Position numbers and translations under genes: made by a program. DNA of 63,974 bases, the filler included. It is 7 parts of 7 records of this genome, joined end to end, with 100 filler letters (N's around TTAATTAATTAA, not from the genome) between each part and the next. Parts side by side here need not be neighbours in the genome. Positions count along the whole stretch, not along the records: positions 33,811 to 52,008 come from SRR31156797_28824; positions 52,109 to 58,861 come from SRR31156797_28854; 5 more parts are not named here. One strand, given 5' to 3'. The first letter of the stretch is position 1, and the number at the start of each line of letters is the position of its first letter. Under the pieces are notes generated by a model, which saw only the letters and a list, made by a program, of their open reading frames with translations, was not told the origin of the DNA and did no database searches. Positions 42,589 to 52,509 of the stretch are shown here, in pieces.

Positions 42589-43392
42589 TTACCAAGCAGT
42601 CCAACCGCCGTCAACAAGCAGATTTTGCCCTGTAACATAGGCCGATAAGTCGCTAGCAAGATAGAGAAGTGCACCCTTCATGTCTTCTTCAGTGCCCATG
42701 CGTTTCATCGGGGTGCGTTCCTTGTATCGGTTGACGAATTTTTCATCCTGGCCTCGGGCAATTCCACCGGGACTGATACAGTTGACGCGGATATCCGGGG
42801 CTAGTGTCGTGGCGAGCCAGCGAGTGAGTTGAGTCAGACCTCCCTTGGAGGCGGCGTAGGCTGCAGGGTTGCCCATGGCCGTGCCTTCGTAGAGAGACAT
42901 GTCCGGGCCGACCACGCCATAGGTTGAACCAATATTGATGACTGAACCATGGCCGGATTCACGGAGGAATGGAGTTGCAGCCTGAATGAGGGCGAAGCAG
43001 GCCGTCAGGTTGGTTTCCAAGGCAGCGCGCCAGGTGGCTACACTTTGTTCTTCAAAAGGCGTGACCCAACCGGTTAGGCCTGAAGTGCCAACAAATGCGG
43101 CGCAGTTGACGACGATGTCGAGTGAGCCCATTTTGTCTTTGATCTTTTTGGGGGCAGCAACAACCGCGGCCTCGTCGGAAAGATTGACTGTTAGGCCTAA
43201 GGTTTTGACTGAGTAAGTGGCAGCCAGTTTCGACGCCGATTCCTGTACGCGATCAGTGGCAATGTCGAGTACTGCGATGTTCGCGCCTGCTTCAGCCAAT
43301 GCTTCGCAAAAGGCTGTTCCAATATATCCGGCACCGCCAGTAATCAGGGCAGTGCGACCAGTCAGGTCCATAAGTTGTTTTATGCTTTTCAT
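42589..43392 (-). CDS. ptmA: SDR oxidoreductase, PtmA-like
   Basis: TGGAGYIG, GSTYG, YAASKGG, VTGQNLLVDGGW; position in the cluster. Confidence 0.75.
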   Translation of the reverse strand: MKSIKQLMDLTGRTALITGGAGYIGTAFCEALAEAGANIAVLDIATDRVQESASKLAATYSVKTLGLTVNLSDEAAVVAAPKKIKDKMGSLDIVVNCAAFVGTSGLTGWVTPFEEQSVATWRAALETNLTACFALIQAATPFLRESGHGSVINIGSTYGVVGPDMSLYEGTAMGNPAAYAASKGGLTQLTRWLATTLAPDIRVNCISPGGIARGQDEKFVNRYKERTPMKRMGTEEDMKGALLYLASDLSAYVTGQNLLVDGGWTAW

Positions 43393-44069
43393 GAGTTTCG
43401 CTCCATAAGAAATTCAGCAAAGGCGAAGTCGAGTTCCGTGTCGATATCTACGGCTCTCTCTGGTGGTATCTCTACCATTTTAACTTTGCCTTGAAAGACG
43501 GCATCGTGTTCGAGAATGAAGTTTGGGGTGGTAACATAACAAACTGTGGTCATGTCAAAAACCGGGGGGGCCTCTTGGCGACGTATGATGTCCGTACCTG
43601 TGGGCATGGCAATGGTTGCGTATCCGGCAGTGTCCACTGTTATCATGTTGAAAGAAGGATGCCGTTCAGCCTCACGTGCTGTGATGACCATATCGCACTT
43701 GTCACTTTCGAATGTTTCGATACAGCGACGTACGTCGTCTCCGATACGCATGGGGGCGGTACAAGGGAGAGAAACGAATATGTCGAAATCATCCACGGCG
43801 TTTATGGCGTGTCGCCATGCCAACCATTCAGGGCTGCTATCCTGGGCCAGTTCTGTTGGTCGCATGAAGGGAACTTCCGCACCGAGTTGCCGAGCGGTGT
43901 CAGCGATGGCCTCGTCGTCTGTAGACACGATAATTCGGTCTAGCAAACCGGAGTTTTGACCTGCTTTGATAGCGTGACCAATGAGTGGGATGCCGCCAAG
44001 AGGGCGAATGTTTTTTCCTGGTACGCCCTTGGAGCCGCCTCTGGCAAAAATGAATCCATATCGTTTCAT
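43389..44069 (-). CDS. legF: CMP-nonulosonate (acylneuraminate) cytidylyltransferase
   Basis: ARGGSKGVPGKN, VSTDD, DIDTELDF. Confidence 0.88.
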   Translation of the reverse strand: MKRYGFIFARGGSKGVPGKNIRPLGGIPLIGHAIKAGQNSGLLDRIIVSTDDEAIADTARQLGAEVPFMRPTELAQDSSPEWLAWRHAINAVDDFDIFVSLPCTAPMRIGDDVRRCIETFESDKCDMVITAREAERHPSFNMITVDTAGYATIAMPTGTDIIRRQEAPPVFDMTTVCYVTTPNFILEHDAVFQGKVKMVEIPPERAVDIDTELDFAFAEFLMERNS

Positions 44070-44974
44070 GGTGCCGTTATCCAGGTGTTAGTGTGTGCAC
44101 TTTTTTCAACAGCTTGGACTAATTGGACGACGTTCATACCTTGTTCAAACGAACAAAGGTGCGGATTATCGACCATCATGGCCCTGAGTTGATTTTCATA
44201 TGTGGTGTTTCGGTCAATGGAAAATTCTTCCGTTGTAGTACCCATCGTAAGCGTTCCTGCAATGAAGTCAGCTTGGAGACAGAATTCTTGCGTGGTGATG
44301 ACGAATCCTCGACGTGTGGTCCTGCTCAGGTAGTCCATGTGGATGGTGACGGCAGGGCAACCAGCGGTTTCCATGAGGATGGAAAATTGATCATCGGAGT
44401 CGATTCTGAGATCGCTGAAATGACCACCAATGGCTGTGACGCGTTTCCAACATCCCAGAAGAAAACAGGACAGATCGAGTTCATGCGACAGATCTCGTAG
44501 TACCCCACCGCCTTGCGCACGGCTGGCTGAATAGCTGGTCGTGTAATCTGTGCCGGGCCGCCAGTCGGGCAGGTATTGGCCAACGTGAAATTGTGCGTTG
44601 AGAATCGTTTGACCCGTGAGCAACTCTCGTGTGCGTGTGACCAGTGGGTGAAAGCGAAGATTGTACGCCACCCGAATGGTGTCGCGTGGAGGAACGAGTG
44701 CGTATGGTTCATCGAATAGGGGTTTCTCAACCAGGATAAGTCCGGTAAAGCCAGTGTCCATAAGCATAGTCAGACTTGGAAGATGTTCGACTGTGGCATT
44801 GGAAATGATAGCCAGTGAAGGCGAAGTTGTTTGTATGGCCTCGGCTATAGTTGAGAAGATCGGGTAAGGGCAACTTGGATTGCTGGTTACGCACGCTAGA
44901 GAGTAGTCCAATGAATCGAGAATTTGTGCGTGACGTGCTCCAATAGATCCATACCCTATGATCAATGCTTTCAT
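44066..44974 (-). CDS. ptmF: Gfo/Idh/MocA oxidoreductase, PtmF-like
   Basis: GYGSIG, EKP, GGGVLRDLSHELD. Confidence 0.75.
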   Translation of the reverse strand: MKALIIGYGSIGARHAQILDSLDYSLACVTSNPSCPYPIFSTIAEAIQTTSPSLAIISNATVEHLPSLTMLMDTGFTGLILVEKPLFDEPYALVPPRDTIRVAYNLRFHPLVTRTRELLTGQTILNAQFHVGQYLPDWRPGTDYTTSYSASRAQGGGVLRDLSHELDLSCFLLGCWKRVTAIGGHFSDLRIDSDDQFSILMETAGCPAVTIHMDYLSRTTRRGFVITTQEFCLQADFIAGTLTMGTTTEEFSIDRNTTYENQLRAMMVDNPHLCSFEQGMNVVQLVQAVEKSAHTNTWITAP

Positions 44975-44975
44975 G

Positions 44976-46040
44976 TTAGCACTCTTCCTTTACGCGAAAG
45001 TGCATGTCGTAATCATAATTGGCCTGATCAAAATCTTGTTTACGGCCAATATCCATCCAGTATTCATGGATGGGGAAAGCCGATGTCGTTTCGTCTTTGT
45101 TCATGAGCTGACTAAACAGGGTCGGCATATCCAGGTATTCATTTTTAGGGATAGATGCGGCAATGTCCGGATCCAACACGTAGATTCCCGCATTGACGAA
45201 AAATTTATGTGTTGGTTTTTCTTCAAGGTGTGTGATTATGTTGTCTTCAACATTGACCACACCATATGGGACTTGAATGTCGAACCTGCGGACTGCCATT
45301 GTTGCTCGGGCTTTTTGTTCCTGATGAAAAGCAAGCATACCAGGGAAATCCACGCGGGTAAGCAGGTCTCCGTTCATGACAAATATTGGTTTGTCAGTTT
45401 GTTGGGGGATAAGGCCAACAGCTCCGGCTGTTCCTAGTTGTTTGTCTTCTCGAAGGTACCGAATTTCCACGCCATGCTTTGAGCCGTCGCCAAAGTAATC
45501 TTCGACCATTTCGGCGCGGTAGTTGACGGAAATATAAAAACGCTCAAAGCCATATTCTACGAATTGGTCCAAAATTGTACTGAGTAACGGTTTGCCGCCC
45601 ACTGTCAGAAGCGGTTTGGGACAATCCTCGGTAAGGGGGCGCAAGCGTTGGCCTAGGCCGCCCGCCATGAGTACGACCCAATTGTCTTTTTTGGGAGGAG
45701 TGACCATGTCCATAAGGGTCCGTAAACCCACAATACGATTTTCGTTATCAAGTAAAGGTACCTGGCGGAATTCTTGTTCTCGCATAGTTGTCAGCAGAAC
45801 AGACTGGTCGTCGTGTTCATTGGCCGAGAAGAAATTAGTTTCCATGATTTCAGCAACAGGTGACTCCAGTGTTTTTCCTGCTAATAAACCACGTCTGACA
45901 TCGCCGTCAGTGATGACTCCTTTGAGGTGTCCCGAATTATCAACGACTAAAGCTATCTGTGTTGCTGACCGATTGAGTGCTTCCACCGAGTCACGGATTG
46001 TGGCTGATGGTGGTATGACAGATTCTTTCCAACGAGTCAT
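44976..46040 (-). CDS. ptmE: CBS-pair nucleotidyltransferase, PtmE-like
   Basis: Two CBS domains, MAGGLGQRLRPLT, PKPLL, VMNGD. Confidence 0.82.
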   Translation of the reverse strand: MTRWKESVIPPSATIRDSVEALNRSATQIALVVDNSGHLKGVITDGDVRRGLLAGKTLESPVAEIMETNFFSANEHDDQSVLLTTMREQEFRQVPLLDNENRIVGLRTLMDMVTPPKKDNWVVLMAGGLGQRLRPLTEDCPKPLLTVGGKPLLSTILDQFVEYGFERFYISVNYRAEMVEDYFGDGSKHGVEIRYLREDKQLGTAGAVGLIPQQTDKPIFVMNGDLLTRVDFPGMLAFHQEQKARATMAVRRFDIQVPYGVVNVEDNIITHLEEKPTHKFFVNAGIYVLDPDIAASIPKNEYLDMPTLFSQLMNKDETTSAFPIHEYWMDIGRKQDFDQANYDYDMHFRVKEEC

Positions 46041-46043
46041 AGG

Positions 46044-47225
46044 TTATTCCTCGCCTGCAAGCAGGCTGTGCGTGATGTCGTAAAATGGTTTGGCAACATG
46101 GAAGGTAGCTTGCTTGATCTCATTCAAAATGTGCAAGCTGGTTCCTTCTTTTTCATACGGGTTCATGACTTCTTTGACAACTCGGGTTTGGCCAGCTTCC
46201 AATGCTCGGCGGGTTCTTCGTACAAGAATTTCAGACACAGACGGTGAGTTGAATACGGATTTGGCCTGTTCTCTTCCTTTTTGTCGTATGCCGACATTAA
46301 TAGAAGGGATTTTGAAACTTGGTGCTTCTAAAATGCCGGAAGAGGAATTGCCAATGACAGCTCCACAGTACTTCATTGCGGATAAATATCGGACAAGGCC
46401 AAGCGACGGAACAACGCAAGTTTGTCGAGGATGTTTATTTGCAAGTAGAGCGGCCCGTTCATCAATGGCGTTACCGCCGGGATCAGCATTGGCCCCGGTG
46501 ATGATTGCTGTCATAGTCGGATCATCCGAGAGCAGTGTCTCAATGGCAGAGAAAAATTCATTGAGTTGGGTTTTATCATCTTTATCCTGAGTTACAGGAT
46601 GATAGGTCGTGAGCAAACAGTTGTCACCCATGGAGAAATTGAGGTCAGCCTCAAGTTCAATTTTGTCCATCAGGGGGATGGTCATGATATTCTCTACCCC
46701 GAGAGCTCCCACATTGAAGACAGTGTCTGGATGTTCTCCTAATTGAATGACTCGATCTCTGTATGCTTCGCAAGAGGTGAAATGGAGATGAGACATTTTT
46801 GTAATGGAGTGGCGATAGTAATCATCCATGGCTCCTTCGGTTACTTCTCCGCCATGGATATGGGCAATAGGATATCCCAGGATTGAGGCAGCAGTGGCGC
46901 AGGCAAAACATTCATATCGATCACCGAGTAGTATCAGAATGTCTGGCCTAATTTTATCCAAAGCATGAGCGCAGCCAGTGAGTGCCTCTCCCATGGCTGT
47001 GGCAACTCCGAGGCGAGTGTCGTCATTGAGTTGAAGTGGTACTGTAGCCTGGATCGTGAAACCGTCCGCAAGGATGGCGTCGACAGTATGACCATGCCGG
47101 TCAGACAAATGTGACCCTGAGACCAGAAGTTGAAGTTCGGTATCAGGGTCTTGCTTAATGCGTTTAAGCAACGGGAGTAATAGGCCGTATTCGGCGCGCG
47201 TACCTGTGAAAACACAAATTTTCAT
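46044..47225 (-). CDS. legG: Hydrolysing NDP-sugar 2-epimerase (NeuC/LegG)
   Basis: TGTRAEYG, GDRYE, HIHGGE, GNSSSG. Confidence 0.88.
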   Translation of the reverse strand: MKICVFTGTRAEYGLLLPLLKRIKQDPDTELQLLVSGSHLSDRHGHTVDAILADGFTIQATVPLQLNDDTRLGVATAMGEALTGCAHALDKIRPDILILLGDRYECFACATAASILGYPIAHIHGGEVTEGAMDDYYRHSITKMSHLHFTSCEAYRDRVIQLGEHPDTVFNVGALGVENIMTIPLMDKIELEADLNFSMGDNCLLTTYHPVTQDKDDKTQLNEFFSAIETLLSDDPTMTAIITGANADPGGNAIDERAALLANKHPRQTCVVPSLGLVRYLSAMKYCGAVIGNSSSGILEAPSFKIPSINVGIRQKGREQAKSVFNSPSVSEILVRRTRRALEAGQTRVVKEVMNPYEKEGTSLHILNEIKQATFHVAKPFYDITHSLLAGEE

Positions 47226-48238
47226 AGCTCAATAATCTCCCCTGTATGGAAATATCTGGCTGCTGTTTGTTGCATTACTTCATCCCATCGCATGGGAGAA
47301 ATTCCACCTTGACCAGTTCGTTTGGCGACCACATTGGCTTCGGTAAAAGGTTCTCCTGCCATAATGGGGGCGGCTGCCACGAGAAACCGGCGAGCAATGT
47401 TGATGTTTTCTTTTTCGCTTACGCTTGGCTGTTTGGTCCCATCACCCAGAGCCTTTTCAATATCTCTGATACCGGAAACCATGGCAGTGAGTTCTTCTGG
47501 GTCAATAGACGCTGCATGGTCCGGGCCTTTCATGGTTTTGTCCAGAGTAAAGTGCTTTTCAACGAGCGAAGCCCCCATAGCAGTAGCCGCCACTGGACAG
47601 GATATGCCGGGAGTGTGGTCTGAATAACCAACTGCACATTCAGGAAAAGCGAGAGCCAGTGTGTCCATGGCTTTGAGGTTGGCATCCTCAAGAGGTGTTG
47701 GGTATTGGGTGTTGCAATGGAGTAGAGTTATGTCTTTAGCTGATGCCCCTGTTTCCATGAGGGCCGTGACAGCGGCTTTGACTTCTTCCAACGTGGTCAT
47801 GCCTGTAGACATGACAATGGGGACTCCCTTGTTGCCCACTCGGCGTAGATAGGGGAGATTTGTAATTTCTCCAGATGGGATTTTAATAGTGTTAATACCG
47901 AGTTCAAGAAGCATATCCAGACTGTCTGCATCGAAGGGGGTGGAGAGAAATTCTATATTGTGTTTTTGGGCATGAGCGATGAGGTCTTCGTGCGCCTTTG
48001 TATCCAGTTCGAGTTTCTTTAACATGGCAAACTGGGATTCTTCAGCTCCAGAAGTCTCTTTTTGATAGTTTGCCTTTTGGGCCAGATCTGTGACGATTTC
48101 TTTGGCTTTGAAAGTCTGAAATTTAACCGCATCAGCTCCGGCTTTGGCTGCCACCTCTATCAGTTGGCGAGCGAGACTCATATCTCCGTTGTGATTGACC
48201 CCTGCTTCGGCGATTATAAAGACCGAATTGCGGTTCAT
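47222..48238 (-). CDS. legI: Nonulosonate (legionaminic acid) synthase (NeuB/LegI)
   Basis: IIAEAGVNHNG, KFQTF, STPFD, GYSDHT, EKHFTLD; ATGA overlap at 48238. Confidence 0.9.
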   Translation of the reverse strand: MNRNSVFIIAEAGVNHNGDMSLARQLIEVAAKAGADAVKFQTFKAKEIVTDLAQKANYQKETSGAEESQFAMLKKLELDTKAHEDLIAHAQKHNIEFLSTPFDADSLDMLLELGINTIKIPSGEITNLPYLRRVGNKGVPIVMSTGMTTLEEVKAAVTALMETGASAKDITLLHCNTQYPTPLEDANLKAMDTLALAFPECAVGYSDHTPGISCPVAATAMGASLVEKHFTLDKTMKGPDHAASIDPEELTAMVSGIRDIEKALGDGTKQPSVSEKENINIARRFLVAAAPIMAGEPFTEANVVAKRTGQGGISPMRWDEVMQQTAARYFHTGEIIEL

Positions 48239-49362
48239 ATACATTCCTCCTTGCGGGGGCTACTTGGCAGGTTGACGGTGCGGGCAGCCAGATATCTGGC
48301 GTTAATCAAACCGTCGTTGAGGTTGTTTGCATACATGGGCAAGTCGGCCATCAAGGTCCACAGGGGACGAGTCATGATACTTGCATCGTTGCTTGCGGTT
48401 AGGAAATGGTCGCGTTGTTCTTGTGATTCAAATCGGATGGTGTTTAACCAATAATTAGCCGTACAATTGGCTGGTGCATCAATGTACGTAATATCTTTTT
48501 TCCCCTCAAAGAAAGTTTTGTAAGCCGAAGCAATTACCTGTTTGTCCCTGAGGATGGCGTCAAGTTTTTCCATTTGCGCACAGCCTAAGGCAGCGTTGAC
48601 GTTTGGCATGCGATAGTTCCAGCCAATGTTGTCGTGGCGAAATTCCCATTTATGTGGGATTTTGGCGGTGGTGGTCATATGCTTGGCGTGCGCACCCAAC
48701 TCAGCATCTTTTGTCAGGATCATACCTCCACCACCAGTGGTAATGGTTTTGTTTCCGTTAAAGCTGAGGACCCCAAAAGTACCGAAAGTGCCGAGATGCT
48801 GTCCTTCGTAACGACTCCCAAGGACCTCGGCGGCATCTTCTACCACCGGAATGTCGTATTCTGCACAAATTTCGCAGATTTCACGGATACGACAGGCGTG
48901 GCCCAGAATATGAACCGGTACACATGCGGCGATATGCCCATTAGCAGGATTATGATTTTTTAAAAATGTTTTCAGTGCGTCAGGACTCATCCCCAGACTA
49001 TCTTTGTCCGAGTCGAGGAAAACGGGCTTGGCTCCGGTGTGGCTGATGGCGTTGGCTGAGGCTACAAAGGTTAATGCTTGAGTCAGGACGAGATCGCCAG
49101 GACGTACGTTGACCATACCCAAGGCTGCGGTGAGGCCGCAGGTGCCATTAACTACGGCAATAGCTCGGGCCGCGTCTGTGAAGTCGCAGACCATATCTTC
49201 GAATCGGTCAACATATTTTCCCACACTGGAAACAAAAGTGGAGTCGATGCAGTCGCATAGATATTCTTTTTCGTGTCCGAAAAAAATAGGTGCATGGAGA
49301 GGAATGAACCCCTCAGGCTCCCGATAGAGTTGTCTGATGAAAAAGAGTACGTCGTCAAACAT
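48235..49362 (-). CDS. legC: LegC aminotransferase
   Basis: IPLHAP, STFVSSVG, SFNGNKTITTGGGG, NYRMPN. Confidence 0.92.
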   Translation of the reverse strand: MFDDVLFFIRQLYREPEGFIPLHAPIFFGHEKEYLCDCIDSTFVSSVGKYVDRFEDMVCDFTDAARAIAVVNGTCGLTAALGMVNVRPGDLVLTQALTFVASANAISHTGAKPVFLDSDKDSLGMSPDALKTFLKNHNPANGHIAACVPVHILGHACRIREICEICAEYDIPVVEDAAEVLGSRYEGQHLGTFGTFGVLSFNGNKTITTGGGGMILTKDAELGAHAKHMTTTAKIPHKWEFRHDNIGWNYRMPNVNAALGCAQMEKLDAILRDKQVIASAYKTFFEGKKDITYIDAPANCTANYWLNTIRFESQEQRDHFLTASNDASIMTRPLWTLMADLPMYANNLNDGLINARYLAARTVNLPSSPRKEECI

Positions 49363-49371
49363 TAGGCTATC

Positions 49372-50382
49372 CTAAATATTGTATATGTCTGCTTTATAGC
49401 GTTTAAGATTTTCACCGTCAGCGAACCATTTGGCTGTTAATTCAAGGCCGCGTTTGAAACCATCCAACCCGTTGAATTCCGGTTCCCAATTACAAAGTTT
49501 TTTGACCTTCTCATTTCCGGCAAATAATCTTTCAACTTCACTGTTTTTAGGGCGAATTCGTTCCTGATCGCAGACTATTTCGATATTTGCTCCCATCACA
49601 TCGGCAATGGCTTGTGCTGTGTCACCTATTGATACTTCAAATCCGCTCCCCACGTTGACCACTTCCCCTATACAGTCGTCAGATGCTGCTACGGCTTCAA
49701 AACCGCGGACTGTATCGGATACATAGTTGAAGTCACGAGTGGGTGTGAGTGCGCCGAGTTTGATAGTCTCCGCACCATTGGCAATTTGCGTAATAACGGT
49801 TGGAATGACCGCACGAGCACTCTGGCGAGGCCCATAAGTGTTAAACGGACGAATGATGGATACGGGTGTTTCAAAGGCATTGTAGAAGCTCATAGCTATT
49901 TGGTCAGCACCGATCTTTGTGGCTGAATATGGAGATTGACCTTGAAGCGGATGATCTTCGGTGATGGGAACAAATTGCGCTGTACCATAAACTTCACTTG
50001 TGGAAGTGACCACAACACGTTCTACGCCAAGGTCTTTGGCAGCTTGAACGATATTCAGAGTGCCTTTGACATTGGTATCAACATACGTGTCCGGAGAGTG
50101 GTAGGAATACGGGATAGCGATGAGTGCAGCAAGATGCATGACCACATCACATCCCTTCATGGCTTCGCGTACCCCGTTAGGGTCGCGTACGTCACCAGAG
50201 AATATTTCCAAATTGTCTATTATATCTTTTGGAGATTCGTCGAGCCATCCCCAAGAGTTGAAGGAATTGTAAAGGACAAAGGCGCGGACTGAATACCCTT
50301 GGCGAATTAGATATTCAACCAGATGGGAACCAATAAAACCATCTGAGCCGGTGACGAGAATTTTTTTTCCTTTTAGATTCAT
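49372..50382 (-). CDS. legB: NDP-GlcNAc 4,6-dehydratase LegB
   Basis: GSDGFIGSH, YNSFNSWGWL, LIAIPYSY, QSPYSATK. Confidence 0.92.
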   Translation of the reverse strand: MNLKGKKILVTGSDGFIGSHLVEYLIRQGYSVRAFVLYNSFNSWGWLDESPKDIIDNLEIFSGDVRDPNGVREAMKGCDVVMHLAALIAIPYSYHSPDTYVDTNVKGTLNIVQAAKDLGVERVVVTSTSEVYGTAQFVPITEDHPLQGQSPYSATKIGADQIAMSFYNAFETPVSIIRPFNTYGPRQSARAVIPTVITQIANGAETIKLGALTPTRDFNYVSDTVRGFEAVAASDDCIGEVVNVGSGFEVSIGDTAQAIADVMGANIEIVCDQERIRPKNSEVERLFAGNEKVKKLCNWEPEFNGLDGFKRGLELTAKWFADGENLKRYKADIYNI

Positions 50383-50537
50383 ACTATACCCATTCCTGTT
50401 TAAGACGGAAGATCTTGTAATTTATTGTGAACATATGTCCTCCATTAGAGGAAGGCAAGAGAGGAATATGAGAGCGTCAGAGGATGAGATGTCTATTTAT
50501 GTCAATATTTTGATTTTGGACATTTTCAAATGTAAAA

Positions 50538-51572
50538 TTAGGAAGCATACCTTAAGGCGAGGAGCCGTAAGGCTTCGTCTAAACACTCTTCGGGATGGAA
50601 AGTTTCCAGACATTCTCGGGTTTCACATTTGTTTTGGTTGCAGGAACGGCAAGGCAATCCCTTATCCAAGCTGACGTGTTCGTCTGATGGAAATCGCCAA
50701 CCAAAGCCAGTGGCACCGTGAATAACCAAAGAAGGTGTGTCTACCGCTACGGCAAAGTGTCGGGGGGCTGAACAGTTTCCTACATGGAGTGCTGCCATGG
50801 ATTGGACTGCAGCCATTTCGCGGAGGGAAAGCATGTTGTCGGAGATGATAACACCATCTCCGGCTATTTGGGCTACTTCTTGCGCAACCGGTAGTTCTCC
50901 AGGGCCATACAATATGAAGAATTTCAGATCAGGATAGCGTTTTTTCATGAGCTGAATGAGGCCGGCAAAGTGACGTTCAGGCCATTTTCGGGTGATCCGG
51001 CGATGGCTGGGGTCGATAGTAACAAAGCGGCATGGCTCCATGCCTTGTGAGGCAATGAAATTTTTGGCCCAGTCCTTTTCTACTTTTGTGAAGAAAATTT
51101 CAGGTGGTTCGTTTTTCCACTCAATGCCCAAGGGACGGAGAACACTTGCTTTGCACTTGGCCGCATAGCCGTTGAGGGGCGTTGTCCAGTGAGTGTATAG
51201 ATGACGGTTGTACCATGGTGGTTGAAAGGTCAAACGAACTGGAGCCGTTGAAAAACGAACGACCCATTTACAGCGCGGGAGTTGTTGAAAATCAACAATA
51301 AGATCATAGCCGCTTTTGCCAACTTTTCGATAGTATTTTAAAGCGGTCAAAGGGTTGCTAAGAGCCTTTTTGTCAATAGTCCAAATGTGATCGATATGTG
51401 GGTTGTTTTCTAAAACCGATGCACATTTTTTTTCTGTCAATATATCGAGTTTTGCATTCGGGAATCGTTCTTTGAGCAGCCGAATAGATGGCGTAGCGAG
51501 CACGACATCTCCGATTTGCCGGAGCTGGCAAGCCAGAATTCTTTTGGGGTGAATGTTTGAGATATCTTTCAT
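50538..51572 (-). CDS. Glycosyltransferase family 9 (heptosyltransferase-like)
   Basis: QIGDVVLATP, RKWP, GNCSAPRHFAVA. Confidence 0.88.
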   Translation of the reverse strand: MKDISNIHPKRILACQLRQIGDVVLATPSIRLLKERFPNAKLDILTEKKCASVLENNPHIDHIWTIDKKALSNPLTALKYYRKVGKSGYDLIVDFQQLPRCKWVVRFSTAPVRLTFQPPWYNRHLYTHWTTPLNGYAAKCKASVLRPLGIEWKNEPPEIFFTKVEKDWAKNFIASQGMEPCRFVTIDPSHRRITRKWPERHFAGLIQLMKKRYPDLKFFILYGPGELPVAQEVAQIAGDGVIISDNMLSLREMAAVQSMAALHVGNCSAPRHFAVAVDTPSLVIHGATGFGWRFPSDEHVSLDKGLPCRSCNQNKCETRECLETFHPEECLDEALRLLALRYAS

Positions 51573-51809
51573 TATGGTTCTATGATCGTTTGTTGGAGCA
51601 ATTATAGAAAATTATCGAGCCGAATAACGCACGGCAATGATTTTTCATTTCTCATATAAGTCTATGTTGGGAGTTAGTATACGTGTTTTTCCTCACACAC
51701 AAGGGGTAGGTTTTTTCATTTTGGGAATGGATTTAGAGACTGGTGAATGACATTTACAGTAACAAGGAAATATATGGGTGGAGAGTGTCGAATTTTGTTT
51801 TTTATGAAA

Positions 51810-51839
51810 AAAAGGGTTGCGGCAAACCGCAACCCTTTT
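51810..51839 (-). terminator. Intrinsic terminator, possibly bidirectional
   Basis: AAAAGGGTTGCGG-caaa-CCGCAACCCTTTT. Confidence 0.85.
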
Positions 51840-51866
51840 GATTTAGTAATGAGGATTTTAGCCAAT

Positions 51867-52008
51867 TTATAATATTTGGCTTAGGAAGAGTTTGGTGCGT
51901 TCGTGCTCGGGGTTGGTAAAGAAATGTTCGGGGTTACCGACTTCGACGATCTTTCCTTCATCCATAAAGACGACATGATCGGCCACTTCGCGGGCAAAGC
52001 CCATTTCG
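51867..52008 (-). CDS. Polar amino acid ABC transporter ATP-binding protein, C-terminal fragment
   Basis: Manual translation EMGFAREVADHVVFMDEGKIVE...RTKLFLSQIL*. Confidence 0.88.
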
Positions 52009-52108
52009 NNNNNNNNNNNNNNNNNNNNNNNNNNNNNNNNNNNNNNNNNNNNTTAATTAATTAANNNNNNNNNNNNNNNNNNNNNNNNNNNNNNNNNNNN
52101 NNNNNNNN
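52009..52108. other. Artificial contig spacer
   Basis: Ns flanking TTAATTAATTAA. Confidence 0.98.
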
Positions 52109-52212
52109 ATACATACATGTTGAGGTTGCTTTTCTCTTTACGCACAAGTGAGTTTTTCTCTATTTTGTTGCTGAAAAAAGCAATGTCTTATTCTTTGTCG
52201 GAAAATAGAACG

Positions 52213-52256
52213 TTGACATGGGACGTCTTATAGTTTACATTACATAGTGTAAACTA
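52213..52256 (+). promoter_or_regulatory. Sigma70 promoter with overlapping TA operator palindrome
   Basis: TTGACA-N17-TACATT; inverted repeat TAGTTTACA-N8-TGTAAACTA covers the -10 element. Confidence 0.7.
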
Positions 52257-52272
52257 AAAGAACGGGAGGCAA

Positions 52273-52509
52273 GTGATGGAAGCAACTGCCAAGGATCTCA
52301 GGTTCAATTCAAAGGGGCTTCTTGATACGGTAAGTCGGGGCGAGGAAGTCGTAATAACCTTTCGCGGCAAGCCCTGTGCAAAACTTATACCCTATACTGA
52401 AAAAAATGAAGAAACCATAAAAAACCAATTGTTTGGAATCTGGAAAGATAACGATGCGACCAAAGACGTAGATAAATATGTACGGGGACTGAGGAAAGGA
52501 AGGTTCTAG
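52273..52509 (+). CDS. Phd/YefM family antitoxin
   Basis: DLR...LLDTVSRGEEVVITFRGKPCAKLIP. Confidence 0.88.
   Translation: MMEATAKDLRFNSKGLLDTVSRGEEVVITFRGKPCAKLIPYTEKNEETIKNQLFGIWKDNDATKDVDKYVRGLRKGRF

Noticed and set aside
46044-48238. Sialic acid (Neu5Ac) pathway
   Set aside because: legB, legC and ptmE-like genes indicate a legionaminic-type pathway.
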